From the human T2T-CHM13v2.0 reference genome, Homo sapiens: DNA of 64,000 nucleotides. The stretch lies in assembly GCF_009914755.1 (NCBI RefSeq), contig NC_060936.1; one strand, written 5' to 3'. Within the stretch, counting starts at the first letter, position 1; each line of letters opens with the position of its first letter. The translations under genes and the position numbers were made by a program. This document shows, in pieces, positions 12,053 to 25,325 of the stretch. Under the pieces are notes generated by a model that did no database searches, was not told the origin of the DNA, and was given only the letters and a program-made list of their open reading frames with translations.

Positions 12053-12445
12053 TGCTTTAATCAGTGCATTTGTGCTGCTATGACAAAATACTACAGACTG
12101 GGTAATTTATGAACAACAGAAATTTATTTCTTACAGTTCTGGAGCCTGGGATGTCTAAGATCGAGGTGACGGCAGGTTTGGTGTCTGGTTAGGGCTAACT
12201 CTGCTTCCAAAATGGCACATTGTTTCTGCATCGTCCACAGGGGAGGGATGCCATGTCTTCACACAGCAGAAGGCCAAAAGAGAATGAACCCACTCTTTCA
12301 AGCCCTTTTATAGGGGCCTTATTCCCATCTATGAGGGCTCCATCCTCATGACTTAATCATCATTTAAAGGCCCAACCTGTAAAGCTATCACATTGGTGAT
12401 TAAGTTTCAACATATGAATTTGAAGGTCACATTCAGACCATAGCA
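12053..12445 (-). mobile_element. MaLR solo LTR (MSTC/MLT1A-type)
   Basis: tgctgctatgacaaaatactacagactgggtaatttat…ttcttacagttctggag…acattcagaccatagca. Confidence 0.88.
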
Positions 12446-12789
12446 ATGCCCAAAGCATGAGCTAATATTTGGTCAGGAGAGTCACAACTTTACTTGCTTC
12501 TAGGTGTGCAATAAATTTTTTTGAGTTGTGTTTATAGGGATAATACAATGTAGTTTAAATAAAAAATTTCTCACTAACATTTTTATTCCAGATTTTAATT
12601 ATTATTTTCTCCCCTTATCCCTCCATTCTATATGGACTTGTTTTAAATTTTTATTTTAATGGTTCTATTAAATATTTTTTCGTTGGGCAGAAAGAATATA
12701 GTCATATACATATACCTACATATGATACATGGGCATACTTATTCATCCTGTAGTCTAAATATGTAGAGTATATGTTGCATACAGCATTA

Positions 12790-12960
12790 CAGCAGCAGTA
12801 GTTAATATGAAATCACTAAACTTCTAGTCAGGTGGCCTGAACTGGAGTCCTTTACTCCAACTGTGTCATCTTGCATGTTTTTACTCAATTTTCTCGACTT
12901 TGGGATTAGGACAAGAATAGCAACCTCACTTAATTGTAGCCAGAAATAAAAGCGTACTGT
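12790..12960 (+). mobile_element. MIR fragment
   Basis: gtagttaa…ctagtcag…cctgaactggagtcc…actgtgtcatcttgc. Confidence 0.5.
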
Positions 12961-13644
12961 TATAGCATCATAATAACGTTAAGACATTACCTATCATTTT
13001 TGGAAGCAAATGAGACCTACAAACACACAATTTTTAGCACAGGCTATTCTTTTTTTAGAATATCAATAAGCATAGAACTAACGAGAAAAATTTACACACA
13101 GTTTTGTATAAATATGTATATGTGTGTATATATATATATGATATTCAATAGCTCCTGGATCCATCTATTTTAATAAAAGGAATCTTGTGGAATACAAATA
13201 CACTTCCCAAATTCAGGCAGTCTTGTTTTGAAGAAAAACAATCTTAGTAGTGATTTATGGGATAGAGCTCAGATGGGTTTGTGCTTAGATTGGGGCTCAG
13301 TGCAGTCTGGCACTGCCTTTAGAAGAGAGGACCATATGCTCTTGGACTTTGACTAAGAACCTATAACATCCTAATATTGAATGACTTTATTTCAGATTTT
13401 TGCTACAACACTTAAAAGAACCCAAGTACTTTATTTATTTTATTGCAGAAAGAAGCATATCTACAAATCATCACGCTTTACTTCACCATTGTTGAATGTT
13501 TTTTCCTCCTATGTTTAAGTCAATTAAAAAACCAATGTGGAATAGACAGAAATTTTCTCATCTATTGAAGTTTTGGATATTAGTGATATCTTTTAGAGGT
13601 TTTCTATTTTTTCATATTTTCATTAAGTTTGATTAGGCTAATAC

Positions 13645-13945
<301 letters not shown>

Positions 13946-14431
13946 GATTAGTTTAATTCTTTAAACATTAAGTGTACCAAAATACTAGCTTTACAATGCA
14001 GTGCACTCCAAAAAGCACATAAAGATTACTGATCTCTGAGTCATATCTCCAATTCCGGATGAACGAAGATTGGAGAGGAAAGGGATAGGCTTATGTAGCT
14101 GAGAAATGAATTCACTCAAGAGTTGATAAGCACCAAAACCAAAAACACATCCAATACTAAATGACAAAGTGTCTGTAATTTCAGATCCTCCTCCATTAAA
14201 ATCTATTAATAGAGATTCAGATTTTGTGTTTATTGCTTTAGGTATGAACTATCTGAGAATCCACTGTCAGGAGTTTATTCTCTAAAAGTTAATTCATTTT
14301 GTGTTTGCATAATGAATGAATGCAATGTATTTAGAAATAGTGAGGATAATATATGCAGGAAGATAATTCTAATAGAAAAATCTCTTGAAGGATAAATACG
14401 AAAATGTTGGAAGAATAAATGAGTTATCACA

Positions 14432-14541
14432 TAGGCTGACCAACTGTACTGGTTATCTTCAGACTGTGCTGATTTTAGTGCGCAGTGTCTTGTTTTGGAG
14501 ATTCTTCAGTCCCAGGCAAACTGGGATGGTTGGTTACTCGA
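14432..14541. mobile_element. MER81-like hAT-Blackjack MITE
   Basis: TIRs taggctgaccaac … gttggttactcga, internal cagtcccaggcaaactgggatgg; about 110 bp. Confidence 0.75.
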
Positions 14542-17381
14542 GTTATGAGTCCAATTTCCTTGATTTTCTCCTTGATTTCATTCTAGTTTTCTATAATAGT
14601 CTAATTATTAGTTCTAATTTTATAGTAGTTGGAGATCTCATATTTATCAATTTTTAAATATATTATTGCCTTGTTAAATTAAGGATTCGTTGTTAGATGC
14701 TGTCAATTATCTATTTCAGATTTAATGGGAAATGTCCTTTCTTTAACAGGAATTTTTCAAATTAGAAGTAGCTTCTTCAGAGGTTTTATTCAAAGGAGAA
14801 TGATTTTTTTTCAATGAGGTTCAAATATATACATTTGCTCTTCATCCCTTTTTCCTACCATTTTTAACCAGTGTTGGCAATGAAAATAATACACTTTCCT
14901 TTTATGAAAAAAGCTTTGATTTGTCAATAAAACAAACATGTCTTAGTTCCATGAGTTCATCATCAGGAAATTTCCAACCTAAATCTTACGGGCCCTGAGT
15001 TGAATATAATGATATCTTGAGGTACTGCAGTGAATTTGTTTTTTCTATACCTTCAGAGACTACACACAGATATCAAGACTTTCTTTTCACTTCAACAGTA
15101 TGCTTCTCCTCTGTAAGACAGACAGGATGTGGTCTAGGAGAAAGTCCACACTTTAACAATAGGCCATTGACAGAATGTGTGGGGAGTACAAAGAGGAAGA
15201 GAGCATCTGTCTACACCCAAAATTATCAGAGGCATTTCTGTGTGTGAGAATCTTCGATTTCAAAAATATGTTTTTAAAGGTCACCCGTTTTCCTTCTCTG
15301 TTTTTATTGGATGAGGAAAATTGCCTTCAAGATAACAAAACATTTTAAATTCAGGGGAGGAATTGCATCACATTTTGTCTAGTTATCCCAGGCAGAAAAT
15401 GAATTCCCTCAGGCACTAAACACATTTTCTTTAGCTCTTATGTATGATCTATGTGAATCAAGCTGAGAAAATGAAAAGGGTGGGAAGATGAAATCCAGCT
15501 GAAAGCAACAGGGCAGAGGATCCAACAGGCAAGAAGTCCTTCTAGGAAGAATAAATGGAGAGTGCCCCAGGTGCTGACTTTATCTACAATTAATTCTGTA
15601 TAACATTTTCTCATTCATTCTGCATGAGCAAAGATGCTACACAAAGTATTACAAACACCACTATTTTTCTTTCTCTTCTGTAGCCTTGATCAAATGGTAG
15701 TTAAATTTTAATTAAATTTCATATTTCAAGGACTTGCAAGAAAGTCTCTGATGTCTTAGCCCCGTGTTTGTTCTCTGCATGTGTAGCTTGTTTTAGCCTT
15801 CAGAGGAAAGTTCCCATATATAGCACTCTATCACGATGTTGACCTGTATGAACATCCAGCTGGTGCAGCTGCCAGGAGGCTGAAAGGAGAGTTAGAATGA
15901 GTTCCTATGTCTGTCTTGTCTTTTACTTTCTTCTTTTGAATGCTGTTGTGTAAACCTTTTGTTCAAATGTCTTGCCACCTGGATTCTCTTGTGGATGTGT
16001 TGCTACTCTCTCCAAAAGACTTGGCAGAGGGTGCTTCCTGTTGTACAGCAGACTTTTATTTACAGAACACCTATAAAACCACAACAAGATTAGTCAGAAT
16101 ATAAAAGATGGCCTTCTAATGAACGTAGTAAAACTTCAGAGCACATTCTTTAGCCAGGAGAAAGTGCTGCAAAGATGTGATTTAGGATGAGTAAGACATA
16201 AGTCAAGGTGTGGATCTTTCAGTTTCCACTAGAAAACAACACTTGGATTTCCTGGCAATGTATTTTTGTAATGACTGTGGTTTCTTTTTGTAAACTGTGT
16301 CTCAGACAGGGAGGAAGAATGAACCAACTGGATTGTGTAACTTTATAAATAGAAACAGCCATGTTAAAATAACAAGACTGCTCTGGGTTAAGGCAATGAA
16401 TTTTGCTACTAGCTGTAAAGCTAGGCCACTGAATGAATATAAGATCCATCCTGCAGAGTAACTTCTAAGGCTTGCCCAAAAATGCTTAATGGGAAAAATC
16501 TATGAGAAGTCCTTGCTCCCTTCTATTGTATTCCAAGTGTTTTACTCCAAATAAATCAAAACCTTTTCTCTGCTGGATATAGTCAAGTTGGAGACACACA
16601 GGAACTTTATCCTCCACTACAAATATTGAATAATGTGCTCATATCATTTTTAATACAGCACATAGTTTACTAAACTTTGGAACAGTTTATCCATCCTGGC
16701 AGTGGCATACAGGATAAAGAGTTAACTGCCTTATTATCTGTTGAACAAGATATATGCTACATTTGCCATAGGAACTGGAACACTGAATGATTTAAATTTC
16801 ATGATTGCTCTTTATTTTTGGAGGAAGAAACCCAGGTGAAAGCAGAGAAATCTCCTAATGAGGATTAAAAAAAATCAATATTTTCAATATGATTCCATGC
16901 AATTTCATATGTACTTGAAAGAGATATGTGCTGTGTTTACCAGTCAGTCAAAGTTTATAGTTCATAGCTTTTGAGTCTTTTGGGAATTACTGCATAATAG
17001 TGATGCTTTCTTTTATTTTGGTGGCTAATCCTTCATAGACATTGTTGGCAAACTAATCTTCCTGAGCATAGCCATAATCTTGGCAATCATTCAAGCTTCC
17101 CCCAATGTAATTAAAATTAAATTTATTTAAACTCTAATTAAATTTCTTTAAACTTTCTTTAATGAGAAACCGATTTGATTCATGTTTATATCTCTTGAGC
17201 TTCCCAAACACAATGTGTTGTATGTAATAGTGATTTAAACATGTGTTGAATAAAAAATAATTATTTTTATGATTGTATTACTTTGACTCATGATTTACTT
17301 CATGTCTATATCGCAAAAAGAGCCATCCTAGAGACTGTTCATGATTTATTGGATAGAAATGCCAGCTATGCTATTTCTATG

Positions 17382-17733
17382 CAGGTTGAGTATTTATAAT
17401 CCAAAAATTCAAAATCTGAAATTCTCCAAAATCTGAAACTTTTTGGGTGCCAACATGACACCACACATGGAAAATTCCATACCTGATTTCAGGTGATGGG
17501 TTGTAGTCAAAACACAGTCAAAACTTTGTTTCATGCACAAAATTATTTGCTGAAAAAATTACCTTTAGGCTAAACGTAGAGTGTATATGAAACATAAATT
17601 TCTTGTTTAGACTTAGTTTCCATCCCCAAGATACCTCATTATGTATATGCAAAGATTCTAAAATCTGAAAAGAAAACTCAAAATTAGAAGCACTTCTGGT
17701 CCCAAGAATTTTAGATAAGAAATGCTCAATCTA
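17382..17733. mobile_element. Tigger4b (Zombi/MER46B-type) DNA transposon
   Basis: TIRs caggttgagtattt…/…aatgctcaatcta; internal aaaatctgaaa repeats and cacttctggtcccaag. Confidence 0.85.
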
Positions 17734-19824
17734 TATATCAGTGATCCAAAGTCCAAACCTTAATAATTTTGGCCTTAGCAGAGTATACTAAGTCTACCTT
17801 GAGCGATGCTACCCCAATCCAATGGTGGTCACGTGTGTCTCCAAACCTATCTCATCAAATATAGACTTTTGAATGTGGAAGAAAGAGTGGAGGATCTTCT
17901 AAGACAAGTGTCTCCTTTTTGTACCTGATTAAAATTAAGACTCGGCAGATTGAAGTGGGTTATCTCAAAGCCATGGCATTTTAAAAAGTGGCTATAAAAT
18001 TCTACGCCCGTGTCCTAAGCGTCCCATTTATTGATAATTATTGCTTAGGTTACTCTAATAAACCTGCTTAGAAAAATAAATATGTCTTTAACATAAAATT
18101 CAAGACTCATAATATTATGGAAAGCCAGCCATAGCCTTGTGCTAGAAAATCAGTAAGGAGGTGGAACATGTTTGAGTCATCCTCCAACACTTACAAGTGT
18201 TTTTGGCATTCTTTGATTTCCTTGTCAGAACGTAACTAGTGAAATTCCTCTGTTCAATAACAATATCCATACTCTATTGCCAGGGTAGGTTTATGGATGT
18301 TAATAGAGTTTTCCTTGTCAAGGGTGATGTATGATATGGATCTTCCTCTAAGTAATCATAAGTCCGTTGCAGTATAGTAAATCAGCCAAGTGCATTGTAA
18401 TTTATATGTTTTACTTACAGGGATTTCAGACAGGATACTTATCAAATGTACAAGAAAATGTAACTCAGTATTTTCTGTAACATATTCTTCTTGCTTTCTT
18501 TCAAATCTCCTTTCCTGCTGCTGGTGGTTGCAAAGGAGGTTGGTGATGATGGGGGAAACCTAAATTAAGCTATTTTCTTTTGGTTTGAGAAAGCCTCATT
18601 AGAGTAAAAGATTAGTAAATTTCAAGGTCAAATTTCTTTTCAGCACCTTTTTTTCCTTTTCTATGAAGTTTCTCTCTTTCTTTCTCATTTTTAAAATGGC
18701 TTCTTCAGATGGATGGATACAGTGTGTGTAGGGAAGCTTTTGTGTCCTCAGGGTAATGGCAGATGAAGGGAGAAAAAAGTCTCTGGTTTTCTTGCTACTC
18801 TTTGGGTCCTTGCTGGTCTCTGCAGAGTTGGCCCCATCCAGCCTGGTCACTGGACATGTGCTGTGAGACTTGGGCTATGTGGACACCCTCTGTTGGCAAC
18901 TATTGCTCATATTCTGCACCTGTCCTGATGCCAGCTCTCTTAGAATACTAGTCCTCAGAGCATTCCTGCATAGCACCACTGGGACACATAAGAACTTTTG
19001 GATTCATAGACATCGGATACGCTGTCTCAAGCCATATCTACCTAACTGTGTCTTATCATTTTTCCTCTGCTGTGGCTATTCCATATTGGCAAGGAGCACC
19101 CCTGCATTCTGATCCCCCCAGCTATCAAATGAGAAGTGGGGCACCAATTCTTTCAACCTTCACCCTGCTCTTTGACCTATCTTGAATTTTTTTTATGTAA
19201 CTGTTAATCTTGTGCCTAGTCCCAAGGGTATGGAGGCACCAGCTTCTTTCTCAGGAATTCAAATTGTATCTTATCTTTAGAAATACCCCTTCTGAATCCC
19301 CTTGCTTCCTTACTGCTATTTGAACCTTTATTTACCCTCACTGTCACAGGTTCTCTGAAATATATCTTGCACCCTATGCATTGTGGTTAATAGTGCCACT
19401 GTATGCTGTGGTAACCAAGATTTTGTATTTGATAGATAAAGAAAAGTTTTTGAATTTGGAAAACACTTTTGTGCTCAATGAAATCTAACTTTTGAGACTA
19501 TTTTGTCACAATGAACTTAAAAATATTTTCAATAATATTAGCAATCAATTATTTGTTACAGACTGAATTCTGTCTTCTTGTAATAATGATTGTCGTTATT
19601 TTAATGATTAGGGAAACTTTAGATCAACTAAGAAACAGGAACAAAAAATGCTATGCTATTATCTCAAAAATGCATACTCCTTCCTACTTAAGAATAATAA
19701 ATTTATATATTATGATATGGTAAAATTCACAACTAATTGTATTTTTCCCTAGAATGTTTAAAGCATTATCTAATACCAGCTTCAGTGTCTATATTACTGT
19801 AACTTCATGAAAGACTACTAACAA

Positions 19825-19992
19825 TACTGGCTATCATTTATTAATATTAAGTAGTACTTGCCAGATGCCGTTAGAGGTGCTTTAAATGCATTCTCATTTA
19901 GTCTTCGTGTGTACTACCGTTATCTTCACTTTTTAGATAAGGAGACTAAAGTATAACTAGAGCTAAGAAACATGAGAAAGACGACCTAGCTA
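19825..19992 (-). mobile_element. MIR fragment
   Basis: gtgctttaaatgcattctcatttagtcttc…ttttagataaggagactaaag. Confidence 0.7.
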
Positions 19993-20242
19993 CTGCCTAT
20001 TTTGTAATTCCCATGGACTAAGCTTGGAGAAGTAAGAACTATTACTACAATAGCAGAAATTGAACAACAGCTTCATTTAGGAAATCACAGCAAAAGTATA
20101 AATAAAATGATGACTCTTAGGAAATAAAAAGCAGTTTTTGAGAGTAGGGATAGATGTGGCCTGCTCATTATAAAGTTCACGTGTGGTAATGGATAACTGA
20201 TTTTCAAAATAACAGTTTAAACTCTGAAAATTCTGTTATTCT

Positions 20243-20568
20243 GACTGGGTGCAGTGGCTCACGCCTGCAATCCCAACACTTTGGGAGGCTAAGGCAGGGG
20301 GATAACCTGCGGTCAGGAATTTGAGACCAGCCTGGCCAACATGGTGAAACCCCATCTCTACTAAAAATACAAAACTTAACCGAGCGTAGTGGCACATGTC
20401 TGTAATCCCAGCTACTTGGAAGGGAGGCTGAGGTGGTAGAATTACTTGAACCCAGGAGGTGGAGGTTGTAGCGAGCTGAGATCGCACCACTGCACTCCAG
20501 CCTGGGCAACAGAACGAGACTCCCTCTCATAAATAAATAAAGAAATAAATACATAAATAAATAAATAA
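20243..20568 (+). mobile_element. Alu (AluSx/Sz) with (TAAA)n tail
   Basis: Full dimer; degraded TSD tgttattct / tgttatact. Confidence 0.95.
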
Positions 20569-20859
20569 TGTTATACTTATGAAGAATAACAAAACATATG
20601 CATTATAAGTTTGTGAAAACGGCCTAGTAAAATATTTTAAAATTGTTATTGATGTATAATAGACACATACCAATAAAGTACACATACCATAAATATGTTT
20701 CATGAATTTGTAGAAAATGAACACATTTTTCCAGCTAGTAGAGAATAGGAAACAGACATTTACAATTGCTGTCTGACATTTACAATTACAATTTAGATTC
20801 CTTATTCTCATAGATTTATATTATTCCAGTACGTGAATTCTCCCACAATTTATTTTTTA

Positions 20860-21545
20860 TTCTGCTTTTAATGTGGGCATTTGGATAGTTTATAGCTTGG
20901 GGATTTATGAATAATGACACTGTGAACATTCCTGCACATGTCTTTTTGCAAACATAAGAAGCGATGTCTGTTGGGTAGATCCCTAGGGGTGAAACTTCTA
21001 GGTAATAGGCAAGACATATACTCAGCTTTCATGAGTACGATTACTGCCACCATTTCTAAAGTGGTTGTACCAGATTGCTTTCTTACTAACCTGAATGCAT
21101 CTTCAGTTGCTCCACATCTCTGCCCTCTGGTATCACCATTGTTATGAGGCCACAGGTCCTTAGCATTTTCTATGTAGTGTGATTTTGTTGTAGTTTTAAG
21201 CTTCCATACACTTATGACTGATGGAATTGATTATCTTTTCTGTATTTAACTGGCCATTTGGATATCTTCCGTTGTGTTCATTCAGGTTTTCTGCCTACTT
21301 TTCTAATAAGTAGTGAGCCTCTTTCCTTAATGGTAGATAGAAATTTTTTAAACATTTTCTGCACATGAGTCCTTTGTCAAATATGCATATTGTGAATATC
21401 TTTTCCCATTCCATGGGTTGTGTTTTCCCTCCCTTAATAATGTCTTTTGGGAAACATAAATTCTTAATTTTAGTGTAATCCAATGTATCAATTTTTATCT
21501 TGTTTAAGAAACTCTACTGTTCAAAAATTTCAAAACTATTCTATG
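20860..21545 (-). mobile_element. Old L1M ORF2 3' region remnant
   Basis: Minus ORF 21295-21483 (DYTKIKNLC…QPMEWEKIF…DKGL) resembles the L1 ORF2p C-terminal region. Confidence 0.85.
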
Positions 21546-21779
21546 CAAAAAGCACTATTTGAGATGAAAATTGAATATGTGCAATACTTCTGATAGCAAC
21601 ATTTCAACATACACAATAAAACAGGCAGAATTGGTCATTGTACAGAATAGAGATAATCTTATCTCTATTTAAAAAAAAGCCACATTTTGTGTCAGATGAT
21701 TTCTGAATCCAGTAAAACTCTTAACGTATGCATACCTTTTATAGTCAGTTTGGCAGACTTCTAAAAATCAGGAGTTAAT

Positions 21780-22365
21780 ATTTCATAAGGTATAAATTTT
21801 TCTTATACTGAGGTGAAAATTCTCTCTCTGTTAGTTCCACTTATTGGTTCTAGTTTACTAATATAGTCTTTTGTTCACTTATCTATTCAACACATATTAT
21901 ATGAATCCTATGACTTCTAAGTCTTGGAAAGGTTTCAGGGATAATTGAGGAACTCAGAATTGACTTTGGGAAGCAGTCTGTTAGCAGGTGTACATTTTTA
22001 GAGCTCATAGTCATACCAGTTGGTAGGAAAATGAAAAAGCCTCACCTTTTTGTCCTCTTCTTTGAGTAAAGGCTTTCAACTATTCCACACACAATATGAA
22101 TTTCAGATGCCTTATCATCATGGTTATTCGTTTTCAGACATAGCCTAATTAGTTACTGATATATTTAACATTAAGATTAAAAATTAATAGAAAGCAATAG
22201 CCTACATGATGTTTCATCAGCAATATGGCTCCATTAGTTTCTAGAACTGGAAGGCAGCCTGTTTCTGTTGATTCAGCTTAGAGCAGCTCTATCATATTTT
22301 TGGCAGTACCTCATACCATGTTCACATACTAAACTTGAATTTGAATAAATCTGCATAAATCCCCT
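21780..22365 (-). mobile_element. L3/CR1 LINE remnant interrupted by an L2 3' end (about 21870-22030)
   Basis: tcttatactgaggtgaaaattctctctctgttagttccacttattggttctagt, ttcaactattccacacacaatatg and ttttggcagtacctcataccatgttcacatactaaacttg are colinear with antisense L3 as I recall it. Confidence 0.65.
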
Positions 22366-22561
22366 AAATCGTACTTTTATGATTATTATCAAACAAGTGT
22401 CCTCCAACTTTTTCAGTTAATTTACGAATGTACAAAACTTGCTGATCATTAGAAACCTTGTTTTCCGAGAACATTTTATGATATAGGACTATGTTTTCTT
22501 TTTGATGTAAAAGTAACTGAAGAAGGTAGGAAATAAAGCTATGTAATCATGATAAGCCAAT

Positions 22562-22612
22562 TGTGTGTATGTGTGTATGTGTGTGTGTGTGTGTGTGTTT
22601 GTGTGTGTGTGT
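22562..22612. repeat. (TG)n microsatellite, interrupted
   Basis: Directly visible. Confidence 0.95.
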
Positions 22613-22676
22613 TAAAATTATTGGAAATAAATGTGCCAGAATATTTGTGGCACTTATCCTAGAAAACAACATATAA

Positions 22677-23169
<493 letters not shown>

Positions 23170-23485
23170 CTAAAGAATTCAGGTGGAGAATGATCTTTTA
23201 ATCAACATTTAAAAATTATAATTGTCTAAATATTTATACAGTTATCCAACTGTTTGGTATAGCCTAAATTTCAATATATTTTTGCCAAAAATAGTAAAAT
23301 AATCATCAAATATTGTCTGAAATCAAAATTCTAAGCTTTTGTTATTTTTTTGGCTTCCCACTTAACATTGTTACAAAATGAAAGAAGGTCAGTTTGACAG
23401 AATCTATTCTTAGTGAATCTGTGATATCCCTAAAGGGTATCACAATATTTTTCTATTTTCTCAAAAGGTCTCTGTTCAATGACAT

Positions 23486-23965
23486 TGTGATATATTATAA
23501 GAATTCTATAATACTTTGCAGCTCCTCCCATCAAGGTGGGGTACAGAAGTGTATTCACATCCATCTTGAATCTGGACTGGCCTTGGAATTTACTTTGAGC
23601 AATAGAATGCAGTTGAAGAGACACTGTGAGAATTCTGAGCCCAGACTAAAGAGGCCCAGAGCTTTCCCACTTGCTGCTCGTGGGCACTCTATATAAATAA
23701 GCATGAGCTAGTCCACTGGATATTGAGTGACAATCGATGCAGGGCCCTAGCCGACAGCTAGCTAATGCCAGATGTATGAGTGAGTCGTTGACTGCCAGCA
23801 CATTGCAGATACGTGAGTGAGCCCAGCCAAACTCAGAAGAAGGAACTCCTAGCTGACCTTAGCCCAAATTGTCACCCTACAGTATCATGAGCTAAAAAGT
23901 CATTGTTGTTTTAATTCCTTAAATTTTTGGTGGTGTATTTTATATAGCAAGTGCTAACTGATACA
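23486..23965 (+). mobile_element. MaLR solo LTR (MLT1H-like)
   Basis: TG…ctttgcagctcctcccatcaag…cttgaatctggactggcctt…gctaactgataCA. Confidence 0.85.
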
Positions 23966-25099
23966 GATTCGTACTGCATTTTCATAATAAATGCTATAAT
24001 GTTTATTTCCATGTAAGTCTGTTATTAGAATTTACTGTTTATATAGGCTGTAGAGTATTATTATCTTCACTTCAATATAATTTTTAAGAAACGTTCTTTA
24101 TTGTACATATGTTGTGGAGAGAAGATGAGCACTATATAACTGGTAATTCTTTTTACCAATCGATATATATAAGAGCTTTCATTTCCTGCTGTTTGTTCTG
24201 TTTCAGGAGAAGTAGGACTTGCAGCTCTTGGCTGTCTATGAAGTAGAGTATTATTATTATTTGTTCTTGTGACATGTAGCTATCTAAGTCTTAGAATAAA
24301 TAATGCTTTATGAAATGATAATGACAAGGTGAAAATTAGGAGGAAATACTGATAACTTGCTCACAAATTGTGCACATTGGCTGTTGGGCCCCAAGGAGTG
24401 TTTTCTTACACAGGAGGTCCACCCAAGATTTGTTTCCTATGTTCTAAGGTGTAAAAACATACATGAGAAATATGTATTTATTTGAATAAGACTATATTTG
24501 GTTTAACTCAATCTTTGAATTTAAAATCTTACCTCCAGAAATAATTTTAAAATATTATATTTTAGAAAATTTTCCAGTGGAAACAATGCCACAGAGTTTT
24601 GAAATGATGTAATTAAAAAGTAAAATAATAAAATAACATTCTTAATATTAAATTATTTTACAATGGTTGTGAATGCATAACATTAAAATGTTAACTTGAA
24701 AGGAGGAATAATACAGTTAATTATCCACATTTCTAAACAATGTTTGAGTATTATGAAATGGCTTTTTAAAAACATTTTTACCCAGACATTTAGAATTATG
24801 CACTTTAAAATTTGAATGGTTTCAATTCAAAATAAGCAGTTATACTTTCTGAAAATAAGCTTTCCAGATCTTGAGTGGATCTAAATTTTTAGACTTTGGA
24901 CAACGGAAGGCTAGGAATGATAAAATGCTAATTTTTTAGATTTCATTTAGCAGTATCAAATATCTAAAACTATTTTATGGCTTTGCATTGAATAAATCTG
25001 TTACTTTTAACATCAAATGCATTTATTTGGCTGATCTAAAAAATGAGACGCTAGTCAAGGGAAATTCAAATCTACATATTTCTGATAAATTTGGAGGGG

Positions 25100-25325
25100 A
25101 ATTCAAGCATGAAAGTTGGAATCCAACTGTTTTACATGCAAATTCTAGCCCTCTCTTTTAATGAGGGAGTACACTTGAATATGTTACTTAATCTCTCTGA
25201 GCTCCAGCTTCTTTGTCTCTAAAATGACGATCATAATATGAACTTCCTAGAGTTTTTATAAGAGTTAGACATGGCTTTTCAGTGCCTGGAATAGCATGCA
25301 TCTTTAATAAATGATAGCTATCATA
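25100..25325 (+). mobile_element. MIR
   Basis: gttacttaatctctctgagctccagcttctttgtctctaaaatgacgatcataat…cagtgcctggaatag…aataaatgatagcta. Confidence 0.75.

Noticed and set aside
20204-20554. Alu-antisense ORFs (also at 22954, 36354, 36749, 38140, 42236, 46225, 47397, 56257)
   Set aside because: Standard translations of Alu sequence.
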